From Squalus acanthias (lineage: Eukaryota), in the NCBI GenBank assembly GCA_030390025.1, contig CM059448.1, positions 7,502,001 to 7,566,000 on the forward strand: a stretch of DNA of 64,000 nt, written 5' to 3'. The notes below the pieces were generated by a model. That model did no database searches, was not told where the DNA came from, and worked only from the letters and a program-made list of their open reading frames with translations. This document shows, one piece after another, positions 1-10,714 of this stretch; the first letter of the stretch is position 1, and every line of letters starts with the position of its first letter. Both the position numbers and the translations under genes were made by a program.

Positions 1-140
1 CTCGGGAAATCAAGGGATATGGAGATCGGACGGGAAAGTGGAGTTGAGGTCGATGATCAGCCATGATCTTATTGAATGGTGGAGCAGGCTCGAGGGGCCG
101 TATGGCCTGACTCCTGCTCTTATTTCTTATGTTATGTTCT
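1..140 (+). mobile_element. CR1-type LINE 3' end
   Basis: gatcagccatgatcttattgaatggtggagcaggctcgaggggcc tail, same as 11449-11515. Confidence 0.85.
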
Positions 141-344
141 TAAAAGACACAAATTTCTTCAAAAACCAGAACGCCTATAAATCGATGTTGGTGTGAGGTG
201 ATCTCACCTGTACGCAGTTACCTCCCATAGTGACAAATTCAATCTCTACCGTGCAGCATGATGGGAGAAGTGCCAGGTGCAAGATTGCAATCTTAAGATT
301 AAGACCATTCACATCCTGGGTTGCACAGTAGATAAACACAATAT

Positions 345-570
345 AATCTCTCCTTTTGTTCTTTCATCCCCTCCCCCTTTTCCCAGCTTTACCCTTGCTT
401 TAAATCTATTTCATTTCCTGCCTTTTTCCAGTTCTGACGAAAGGTCTTCGACCTGAAACGTTAACTCTGTTTCTCTCTCCACGGATGCTGCCTGGCCTGC
501 TGAGTTTTTCCAGCGTTTTTTGTTGTTATTTCGGATTTCCAGCATCCGCAGTATTTTGCTATCGTATTAT
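345..570 (+). mobile_element. Penelope terminal-repeat fragment
   Basis: about 140 bp closely matching the reverse complement of 2645-2786. Confidence 0.8.
430..466 (+). ncRNA. minimal type I hammerhead ribozyme motif (Penelope-associated)
   Basis: agtt CTGACGA a aggtc ttc gacct GAAAC GTT aact: core boxes, stem II, palindromic stem III, stem I agtt/aact. Confidence 0.65.
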
Positions 571-979
571 TTACAATATTACCACCACTTGATACAGATG
601 CAAATGCATGAACGCACAGTATAAACACCTATGCTCCCTTTAAGCACACACTACAGAAAATCCTACGTGCAAGCAACAAAGAGCTCCAAGCAACCACACC
701 ACAGCTAGTGACTAGGGAGACGAAAAGGAATCAATGAGCATGTTCCATACAGTCATACCCATGACAACCACAGAACCAATTTGGGTTTATTTTAGCTTTG
801 AAAAGTAGTTGCATCATCCAACGTCATGGTGTGCTGCGTCACTTTAATGCCTCCCACTCGTTCATTTTTAAAACACTTCAAAAAAGGGGTTATATTGAGA
901 AATTATACTCATCCGATGGGATAATTTGACTGAGTCACAACTGCATTGTGCCGTCAGGCCCACTGGATAAGCGCAACGT

Positions 980-1420
980 AAAAAAATACCACAGATGCTG
1001 GAAATCTGAAAACAAAAACAAAAAAAAACAGAAAGGGCTGGAAACACTCAGCTGGGTCAGGCAGCATCCGTGGAAAAATAGCCGTCAACGCTTGAAGCCG
1101 TTGGCCCTTCTCAAGACTGGGAGATATTATCGATGAGCAGCATTGAAAAAGGAAAACAAGGGAAGGGGGGGGGGGGGTAAAATACCACAGACACACAGGA
1201 AAAGGAAGTGTTTGGGTGGAGGACAGGTGGTGATTGAATGGCAGGCCTGAGGTTAGTGGGAGGCAAAAGGGAGGCCAACGAGAGAAACCAAAAGAAATAA
1301 AAGGACAGATGAGAGACAAGAGTGCGCCAACAGCTAAAGGGGGGACAGGTCGAAAGGGGAAGGATGAAAACCCGGCAAGGTGGAGCAGACTTCAGGGGCC
1401 AGAGAACCCACTGGATAAGC
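980..1420 (-). mobile_element. degenerate Penelope terminal-repeat fragment
   Basis: gatgctggaaatctgaaa...gctggaaacactcagc..gtcaggcagcatccgtgga shared with 2660-2730. Confidence 0.65.
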
Positions 1421-2428
1421 ATGGCATCCAGTGGGTGATCAATGTGCACTGAAAGGGCCAGCTCTGCTCTAATGTGCAGAATAGCTGTTCCACTCGTTCG
1501 AGTAGTTGATCAGACCTTGAAGGAGTAATAAGAACCGTCCAATCACTCGCTGTGCTGGCCCAGTTAAGGACCACGTGCTGGATTCCCAAACACAGACCAT
1601 TTTCCGAGCAGTTCCCTCAACCTGAAAACAAATCTGTGCACTCCTATTTTTGAACTCATCCGACTCCACATTCACAGCACTTGTAACAAGAAGCAAGATT
1701 TTTTTTTGTATATATAAGTGTGGCTCCTGACATTCACAGGTAATTAAAGAAATGCTCTCCTGGAACGCACTCCAGCTTACCGTGTACATTTCACGTGGTT
1801 CCTAAAGACACCGCCTACGTAGGGGTATCTGGTGTGTAATTATGTTTTAATAGGGTGTACCAGAGTAAGAGCCCAAGAGATCCAAAGGTCAACAACTGGT
1901 CAGATGGGCAATACATTGCCATCCATTACAAAGCTTGTGAAACACAAAAAACGACATCGATCTAGCAACAGGAACACATTTAGGAACCATTTGTGACGGC
2001 TGCCAAATGAAGAATACCATGTAAAAAGGTAAATACAACACACGAGTGGGAAATTTGAAACTGAGCTGACCAAAGGTGTGAACTATATTAGAAATAATTA
2101 AAATCAGAAAACGCTGCAAATACACAGGCCAGTCGATATCCGAAGAGCAAAGAGGTTTTAAGGGTTAGGGTCAAAACGCTTTGTCGGAACTCAAAACCTT
2201 CTCCCCCAAACATTAACTTACAGATAAGGTTACTGTGCACTTTCATCTGCAATTTTTTTTTTTTTTAATCTCCATTTTCAGATTTCTGCAGTGCACAGGA
2301 CACCCTGGTCTTTGTCTATTGAAGTCTCGTCCTCCTCAGTTGCAACCGCTGCAGTACACAGTCAAACTCACCAGAGGGTGCCAGAATTCAGAAAACCGAA
2401 AGCCAAAATCTTTCGTGGAGGGCAGTGA

Positions 2429-2520
2429 TGACGTTCAATCCAAGCAGGTATATAAAAGGTTGCAGTAGCAGAGCATAGTTAGAGCTTTCAGCACTGCAGA
2501 CCCTCCAGAACAAAATCGGT
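2429..2520 (+). promoter_or_regulatory. candidate TATA promoter and short non-coding first exon of the nested gene
   Basis: TGACGT CRE-like site at 2429, TATATAAAAG at 2449-2458; only a weak donor (CG|gtagct at 2519). Confidence 0.35.
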
Positions 2521-2644
2521 AGCTTTTTACATTTGGTTACCAACTTTGTATCTATGTAATATTCGTTTTTAAAAACTAAAAAGTTTTGGTTAGTTTTGTT
2601 CCAGTTTCATGAGTTACAGTGTGCCCAAAGTCACCGAAATTTCA

Positions 2645-3650
2645 TACAATAGCAAAATACTGCGGATGCTGGAAATCTGAAACAACAGAAAATGCTGGAA
2701 GCACTCAGCAGGCCAGGCAGCATCCGTGGAAGAGAAACAGAGTTAACGTTTCAGGTCTGGGACCCTTCGTCAGAACTGGAAAAAGCTGGAGATGTAACAG
2801 ATTCTAAGCAGGTGCAGAGGCTTGGGGGGGGGGGGGGGGGGGGGAGGAGGGGAGAGAAAGAGAGGAGGAAAGAGGGGAGGATCTGAAGGAACAGTCTGTG
2901 CTAGGGTAGGAGACAGGAAAGGTTAAATGTTGCAAATGGGGATGGCAGAATCATACAGCCTGAAAAATGGGGGCAGGGGTTATAGTCTGAAATTGTTGAA
3001 CTCGATGTTGAGTCCAGAAGGCTGTAAAGTTCCTAATCGAAAGATGAAGTGCTGTTCCTCGAGCTTATGTTGAGCTTCATTGGAACAGTGCAAGAGGCAG
3101 AGGACGGAGAGATCAGAGTGGGAGTGAAGCGGAGAATTAAAGTGACAGGCGGCCGGAAGCTCGGGGTCACCCTTACGGACTGAACGGAGGTGTTCCGCAA
3201 AGCGGTCGCCCAATCTGCATTTGGTCTCCCCAATGTAGAGGAGACCGCATAGTGAGCAGCGAATACAGTATACTAAATTGCAAGTACAACAAGTAAATCA
3301 CTGTTTCACCTGGAAGGGGTGTTTGGAGCCTTGGACAGTGGGAAGGGTGGAGGTAAAAGGGCAGGTGTTGCATCTCCTGCGCTTGCACAGGAAGGTGCCG
3401 GGTGAAGGGGAAGGGCTGTTGGGGGTGATTGAGGAGTGGACCAGGGTGTCGCGGAGGGAGCGGTCCCTTCGGAATGCTGAAAGGGGAGGCGAGGGGAAGA
3501 TGCGTTTGGTGGTGGGATCACGTTGGAGGAGGATGATCCGTTGAATGTGGAGGCTGGTGGGGTGAAAGGTGAGGACAAGGGGAACCCTATTGGTGGTTCT
3601 GGAAGGGAGGGGAAGGGGTAAGAGCAGAAGTGCGGGAAATGGAACGGAGT
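2645..3650 (-). mobile_element. Penelope-like retroelement remnant: GIY-YIG endonuclease C-terminus plus terminal repeat
   Basis: IGETKCRLGDRFAEHLRSVRK...HFNSPLHSHSD...EEQHFIFRLGTLQPSGLNIEF is typical of PLE GIY-YIG; adjacent hammerhead-bearing repeat. Confidence 0.88.
2741..2777 (-). ncRNA. minimal type I hammerhead ribozyme motif (Penelope-associated)
   Basis: reverse complement reads agtt CTGACGA a gggtc cca gacct GAAAC GTT aact. Confidence 0.65.
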
Positions 3651-4667
3651 GCGTCCAGCATTTTCTGTGTTATTTCACTGAAATTTCACTTGGGCCATTC
3701 TGTACTTCCTTCTCGGAGCACAGTAGAGCAGGACGGCGATTTAAATTCTGAAGGTTTATACAGCTACTTAAGGAGAAGTTAGCGAGTTCACAGGGAAAAC
3801 TGATCAGTTATTCTCGTCAACAAACTAAACACAAAAGTTCTTCGCATTGCAAACACTTCAATTTTTTTTAAAATCTGCAATGAGTTTGATTTAACCGATC
3901 GGGTTTGTAAGCGGTTATTTAAAAAAGTGGTGATTGTAGGACTTGGAAATTTAAATCATATTTCTGCTTGACTGTACAAAATAGCCCGAGTGAAACTTAA
4001 ATGGGCAGCACTCTGCCCAGTGGTTTCCAGAGCAGCAATGGTGGAACAAGTGCCATGCCCAGCGTTACAATGTGGTGCATTCACTGGAACCATGTTCTCT
4101 CTCAATAGTTTCATGATGGTTCCTGTAAGTGCGTCTCATCTCCAGCAATATAGAAAGCTGTACTTTCTCCTGTAATCTGCCCTTGCAGAGTTGCCTGGCC
4201 CAAGCATTAGCAAATTGCTCTTTCAGCAATCTATTTATCAGATTAAAATGTAGTCTTATGACACACTAACCTCCCTCACTTTTGACTAGCAGATATTAAA
4301 CAATCATTTTACAGATTTCAAAAATTTAATATACAAGTATCATTTCCCTCAAATGGAGTTAAAATTGAGCGAGTGGTGTGATCCAAATTGAAGGTGTACA
4401 GTTTATTCACAATTTGTGGTGACTAAGTTTAAAGTGTAAACTGCCAAGGGGGTTGGAAGCTCTTAAACTAAATTATCCACTTAAAAAATGTTAACAAGGA
4501 AACATTGTTCGAGAGCAATTATGTTTTTCATTTTCATAACCAAAATCTGTGCAAGGTGGTCAAGAAATCATTATCCAATGTGAAACCAGAATTGCAATTT
4601 GTAGAGTGACTTCAAATCTGGCTTTTATATTTACAAAACAATACCTGTATTGCATTTACAGCGTAAA

Positions 4668-4961
4668 ATGGCTGCCTATACCTGGATATCATTTATGTTG
4701 GCACTGTTGTCGGTTACTCTTGGAACTTACCAAAACACTACAGAGTCCACGGAACGCTACAATTTGACAGAAACATTTAAAAGCAGCCTGGCCACTACAC
4801 CAGAGGGGACGAGCCCCACGGCCACCAACGCAAGCTACAATACAGCCAGTGTTCACCCCAGCAACAAGTCACTGGCTGCCCCTCTCGCACCTTCAGCTGT
4901 TACGCTTGCAACATGCACTGGGTTTGCAATGCTGGGCGGGGCAGTAAAGCTCCTCCCTTGA
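4668..4961 (+). CDS. putative small GPI-anchored, mucin-like glycoprotein (97 aa) nested antisense in NF1 intron 27b
   Basis: acceptor tttacag| at 4661, aaaATGG Kozak, signal-peptide-like MAAYTWISFMLALLSVTLG, 20/49 Ser/Thr core with 4 N-sequons, hydrophobic C-terminus without cytoplasmic tail, AATAAA at 5276. Confidence 0.75.
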   Translation: MAAYTWISFMLALLSVTLGTYQNTTESTERYNLTETFKSSLATTPEGTSPTATNASYNTASVHPSNKSLAAPLAPSAVTLATCTGFAMLGGAVKLLP

Positions 4962-5275
4962 AAATAAGCCCCTTCTGTACTCTTTGTAAACACTAACCAG
5001 CTGGTAAAGACAAGAAACAAAACCCGTCGAAATGATGCAGCAACATTTCAGCATGAAGCTAGAGGAGAACAAATCCTGTCTATACATCACTTCAAATGCA
5101 CCTGTAGTTTTAACGCAGCAGTAATTAACTCAATGATTATTGCAGATCAATTGCAAACATGTTGAAATACCCACATGTATAGATTTGTTGCTGCGGATTC
5201 CATTTTTTTTTAATAACATACAGCATTTCAATCAAATGTTTAAATTGTTCAAGTTGAAGTATGCCTTTCAATTCC

Positions 5276-5332
5276 AATAAAATGGTTAAAAAATTGTTCA
5301 AGGTGTCCAGCAAGATTTGTCTTTACTTTGTG
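5276..5332 (+). terminator. polyadenylation signal and downstream U/GU-rich element for the nested ORF
   Basis: AATAAA 5276-5281, 315 nt after the stop; tttgtctttactttgtg at about 5316-5332. Confidence 0.6.
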
Positions 5333-5807
5333 AGCAAATTTTCTGGGGTGGGGGTTTTGCAATTCTGGATCATTTTCCTGCTCTTGGACCCGTGAGCATC
5401 AAGCGGTTTCACTTTGGATGCTGGATAAAGCACCAATTTCAATTAATTGTAACCCAAACCACAAAAACCCGACTGCGCCAGTTTGGTATCACCATCTCCT
5501 TCATTAAGGATGGGTAATGACCTCAATAGATTGCGAGCTCGATGTTGATTACGGACAGATCTGTGCAATGGATTCACACCAATTAGACGTTAGGTCGAGA
5601 CTGCTCACAACTCATTTCACTTCGGACACTGATTCGAGATGTAAACAGGTCCGGACTGGAAAGACAACCTGTTAATCTACACCACACCCAGTCCCGAACT
5701 GGAATATCCTTTTAAAACAGTGAAATAGCTCAGCTGGTAAGGACGGCATATAGCTGAGCTATAAACACCAAAAGGTCACTGGTTAAGCTTGTTGGTCTGT
5801 GCTGGAC

Positions 5808-6121
5808 GGCGACACGGTGGCATAGTGGTTAGCACTGTTGCCTCACAGCGCCAGGGACCCGGGTTCGAATCCGGCCTCGGGTGACTGTCTGTGTGGAGTT
5901 CGCACATTCTCCCCGTGTCTGCGTGGGTTTCCTCCAGGTGCTCCGGTTTCCTCCAACAGTCCAAAGATGTGCGGGTTAGGTTGATTTGGCTATGATAAAT
6001 TGACCCTTCGTGTTAGGGGGATTAAATAGGTGGGGTTACGGGGATAGGGTGGGATATGTGTCGGTGCAGGCTCGATGGGCTGAAATGGCCTCTATCTGCA
6101 CTGTGGTGATTCTGTGATTCT
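5808..6121 (+). mobile_element. HE1-type tRNA-derived V-SINE, inserted in an older SINE
   Basis: A box tggcatagtggtt, B box ggttcgaatcc, V-domain tgtgtggagttcgcacattctccccgtgtctgcgtgggtttcctcc, tgattctg tail. Confidence 0.9.
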
Positions 6122-6846
6122 GGATTGGTTGACTTCAGTCAGGGGGGGTGGTGTTGCAATTTGCCTCAGTACCCAGGGCCAAAGAAAGGAATCAGTTCGG
6201 GTCCCAGTCATGGTTTGGGATTTTTTTGGTCCACTTGACCACGGGGAAGGACCTGGACAGGACACGTATGCTGCGCCAAGGCTGGTCGGAAAGGGGTTAG
6301 CTTCTCAGAACAGCCCCAACGCTGGATTGTGGATCCATAGGCAGGCGATTAAAAAGGCGAGATGAGAAGTTGTGTCGCACAGAGATCAAACAATGGTCAG
6401 TTCGTCAATGTCTCCGATAAGACTTTTTTGCACTTCTCCCTTTCCCCCCCCCCCCCAAAACAGTAAAATCACACCGCCGGGAGGGATGTGAATGAAAGAG
6501 ATTTAATTCAAGCAGCGTTTTAACATGATATTAATTGCTTTCGCCTTTTACTAACATTTGCAAAGTATTCAACCAACATGCATGATCAAACTTCCAAGCA
6601 ACAAAGGCTGTGTGAAAAGCAGACACCAGCACTATCTTATCTACCACAATCAGTAAAACTGCTCAATGATCACTTTAGGTGACAAAATCGTGACTGAGTG
6701 CTTCTTTGAAAAAAAATACTGCTGGACTTTTATATTAAAAAATATTCTTGCCACTGTGTCAATCCACCTTATCTCCAGGCTACACCAGTGGTGTTACTAC
6801 TAGCGGTGTTGGGGGGAGGGGAGGTTGAGGAGAGCCCAAACATATC

Positions 6847-7068
6847 TACAGTTACCAACCCTCCAGGAATGGAAGATTAATCTCCTGGACACTGATGCGA
6901 GCAACCCAGGAGAAAAAAAAAAAATCATAGGGGCATTAAAAAATGCTTTGAACATTTTCATTTATTAGTTATAAAAAAATATTGAAAATAGGGGAAAAAG
7001 GCCATTTGATCGGGCAGGGCATGTGATGGAACCTCCAGGAATACGTTCAAGCAAAGTTGGTAACCCTA
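6847..7068. mobile_element. non-autonomous hAT-like element
   Basis: TIRs tacagttaccaac / gttggtaacccta; imperfect 8-bp TSD aacatatc/cacacatc. Confidence 0.65.
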
Positions 7069-7137
7069 CACACATCCCACAGCAGCTCATTCATTGCAAC
7101 AAGAGCTGCAACCGAGAGCAAACTAAAATGAATCCTA

Positions 7138-7353
<216 letters not shown>

Positions 7354-7692
7354 CTAATTCCTCAACCAAGATAGTAGGCAAGATCCTGCTGCAGCCGACT
7401 GCCTAAATCACACTATAACCTGACAGTGAAGTCATTGCCGAAAAGCTTTGCGGATCAATGCACCATCCAGTGCTGGTACTACGCCATGGAGACCAGGAAG
7501 GTACCGAGCCAGAAGATCTCAACTGGAGCCACAGTGGAGCAGTATAAGTGGCTACAGTCCCTCTGGGCTTGGCAGGAGGGGGGGGAAAAGAGGTGGAGAT
7601 TTTGAGAAAATCAGCCAGGGTTCCCACTCCTGACCACTTGTGTGGACGCTTGTTGAGTAAGGGATTAGGCTGCGCTGTGATGACATCACGGC

Positions 7693-7850
7693 CAATGTTC
7701 ATCACGGCCACGCAGTAATGGGATAGGTCCCACGCCAGCCGCTCACTGGTTTTTACATTGTAAATACCGCGCATGCGCAGAAAGAGAGAGGAACCGCACA
7801 TTAAAAGAAACAGGCTGCGCAGAACAAAGCGCAGCTCACAGGGAACATTG
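7693..7850. mobile_element. hAT MITE (CAATGTTCCC-type TIR)
   Basis: TIR caatgttc/gaacattg; TSD atcacggc/atcacgac; homologous to 55071-55239. Confidence 0.8.
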
Positions 7851-8239
7851 ATCACGACTCTCGTACAAAGCCACAGGCACTTGAGTGAAGTATTGGTGGG
7901 TTGCAGGCACTTGTGGAACCAGAGCTCAAGCATCAGTCAATGCCATCAGAAAATGGAATAGGAAGATGAAAGAAACCAAGAGACACAGGCAATGTAAGTG
8001 TTAGTTGAGAGCGTTTGTGGATGCAGTCAGACTCAAATTCCAGCGTGCCTACTCTGTGAAGCAAACTGATACAAATGAGAGAAAATCTGATTATGCTCGA
8101 AGAGACAGTTTTAAAAGTATTCTTTAAGTTAATCAGTATTTCCATTTGCAGACAAATGTTGGGTGCGACTCAAAAAACTGTTCAGTTAGAAAGCTTCATG
8201 CTTCCAGTCTTTCCGAAAAATACGTACATGGCTGCTTAC

Positions 8240-8386
8240 CTAGTCATGAATTCCTCAAACTTGGAGCTGGTGAGGTTGAGGCTGGACCAGTGAGTGTCAG
8301 CTACAGGTTTGTGCTCGGGAGGCCCCAGGTAGGCTAACAAGGTAGCCATCTTGTCAAACGGTCTTCTGCCTACAGCTTTGTGGTCC
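8240..8386 (-). CDS. NF1: NF1 exon 35 (27a) equivalent (147 nt)
   Basis: DHKAVGRRPFDKMATLLAYLGPPEHKPVADTHWSSLNLTSSKFEEFMTR; AG|gtaagc donor. Confidence 0.97.
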
Positions 8387-8589
8387 CTGAGATCATCAGA
8401 TGATAAGTAATTCTTTGATAAGTTTACAGCAAAAAAAAATCAGTGCAAAATTGGAATGCAATTTAATATTAAGGATTCATGGATTAGAAACTGCTCCTGC
8501 AATACAGTGTCTTACCAATATGGCAACGTACTGCCCATCATGAACATTGAACACTAAGGGGTGTACATTATTTCATTAAGTTAAGCAGC

Positions 8590-9015
8590 GCCTCGATTTC
8601 AAAATTCTCATCCTTGTTTTCAAATCCCTCCATGGCCTCGCCCCTCCCTCTCTCTGTAATCTCCTTCAGCCCCACAACCCACACCCCCCCCCCCAACCGA
8701 GATATCTGCGCTCCTCTAATTCTGCCTTCTTGAACATCCCTGATTATAATCGCTCAACCTTTGGTGGCCGTGCCTTCTGTTGCCTAGGGCCTAAGCTCTG
8801 GAATTCCCTCCCTAAACCTCTCCGCCTGTCTACCACTCTCTCCTCCTTTAAGACGCTCCTTAAAACTTACCTCTTTGACCAAGCTTTTGGTCACTTGCCC
8901 TAATTTATCCTTGTGGATTGGTATTTAATTTGTTTTCTTAAAATACTCCTGTGCTGCCCCTTGGGACGTTTTACTACGTTGCAGGCGCTATATAAATACA
9001 AGTTATTGTTGTTGT
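8590..9015 (+). mobile_element. L2-type LINE 3' end
   Basis: decayed RT C-terminus (DFKILILVFKSLHGLAP...GGRAF...LWNSLP...FKTLLKTYLF) and ttgttg tail. Confidence 0.8.
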
Positions 9016-9171
9016 AAAACATATTTCAATGGCAATATGCTTCAGGGTAAAGTCCAAAGATTGTGTTAATTTTGCCATTAATTACAATCTATTATTTAAT
9101 ACAGTAAAAAATCTTACATCAATGCACATTTCCTAGCAAATTTTTCAATTATAAATTCCAATGCCCACATG

Positions 9172-9283
9172 CAATGTTCCCCCCTAATTTTTTTTTTGGA
9201 CCAGAGTTTTGCACATTAACATTGTAAAAGCCGGTCCCAGGCTGCGTGGGACCGGCAGAGAGCTGCGTGGATAGGGAACGCTG
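9172..9283. mobile_element. hAT MITE (same TIR type)
   Basis: TIR caatgttccc/gggaacgctg; TSD cccacatg/cccacata. Confidence 0.75.
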
Positions 9284-9704
9284 CCCACATATATAATTGC
9301 AACGTAAACTCATTATGTTGTAATTACACCCTTTCTCCAGCAGCCCCCCACTACGTGGAGGGTTTAATTACAGCATGACGAATTTAGATCGGCAATTATA
9401 AATGTGGGCATAGGTATTGATTATAGAAATACATAAAAATCAGGACTTTAAAATGGGGTCTGAGTAACGTCTGCATGCTCTGGTCCAATTATCCGCCGAC
9501 CTCTAACCCCGCTTCACTTGGCTGTGCAACGCCACGCGAGATTGTCTAGTCTTTCAAAATATCTTTCGCAAAATGCAAAAAAAACACAGTTGAAATTAAA
9601 CTATCAACGTTCAGAACTTTCCTATTAAATTTGACTCAGCACTCAAAAAAAAATTTCACCGAATGCAAATGGTTAGCAAAATGAAAAAATAGTCTCGTAC
9701 ATAC

Positions 9705-9851
9705 CGGTTACTGGAGAGGTACTGCCCGATTTTCTCCTGATTGTTCCACAGTAACCTGTGCAAAGCGAGAACATTCCCATCACTGATGAACGAAAGGCTG
9801 TGATTGACTGTGTCACTGGCTGGGCAGTCAGACGCTATGTCCAGAAAAAAC
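9705..9851 (-). CDS. NF1: NF1 exon 34 equivalent (147 nt)
   Basis: FFLDIASDCPASDTVNHSLSFISDGNVLALHRLLWNNQEKIGQYLSSNR; aag acceptor, CG|gtatgt donor. Confidence 0.97.
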
Positions 9852-10714
9852 CTTCCGGAGGGGTGGGGGGGGGGGTGAGGAGACACGGAGTTGTGGGGGA
9901 GGGGGGAAAAGAAGAAGAAAATACAAAAACCTCTTTTATATATTTCGAAAAAATTATTACACCAACACATACCCAAATGGGAAGACCAACAGATAAATCA
10001 CAGGCGCAATGAGATCCCAATCTCAGTTTTGGCAGTTGGAAGAGAAGATACAGATGTCATACAGCACAAAAACAGCACATCAAGTTTGTACCAAACTTTT
10101 CCCTCACATGAGCCACCCAAGTCTAATACCAATCTTCTGTTTGCTCGCCCTCACCCTTGATATTGCTCTTTCCAATGGCGACAGCAGGGCCGGAGATGGT
10201 AACAGTGGAATGACATCCACTTTGCCCAATAATCTCTCTGGAATTCCCTTCTATAACTTCACAACTCCAGTTCATGATCTTTCCCTGGAGCGCTTGTCAA
10301 ATTCCAAATTAACTTCAGGACTGAGGTGGGTTGCCAAAGTTTCTGATTTCTTTCATTCTCTTACAGCCCGATGTACGGGGCTGCTCTAAAGTAACCCGTG
10401 GGTTTGCTGTTCTTGCTTTTTACATGCTACATGTGGAGTAATAAATTCTAAAATTGTTGCCTAATAAAAGTTAATTAACTGAAACTTCCAGTTTCACCTA
10501 ATCATCTTACTTCTGCAAATAACGACATGTTTAAATTCAAGAAACAATATACACAGCACTGGTAATTGAAATATAATCATCAAATAGCTCTTGAAGCTTA
10601 TTTCTTAATATATTATACCGACTTGGAAATAAATATTCAGTCATAGTAGCAAGAAACAAACAAGAAATAGTTTCCATTTCCCACTTAAAGTGTCAGAGTA
10701 TTTACAAATGGACA

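Noticed and set aside
2158-2172. Telomere-like ttaagggttaggg
   Set aside because: Only one perfect unit, inside a decayed Penelope repeat
4650-4667. ORF-track start at TTG 4650 (MHLQRK extension)
   Set aside because: Overlaps the splice acceptor; ATG 4668 has Kozak context and begins the signal peptide
5808-5880. tRNA gene
   Set aside because: The A and B boxes run straight into a V-SINE body; this is a SINE head
7403-7933. 176-aa minus-strand ORF
   Set aside because: Spans a MITE (a similar peptide recurs at 54951-55286), non-ATG start, no coherent protein features
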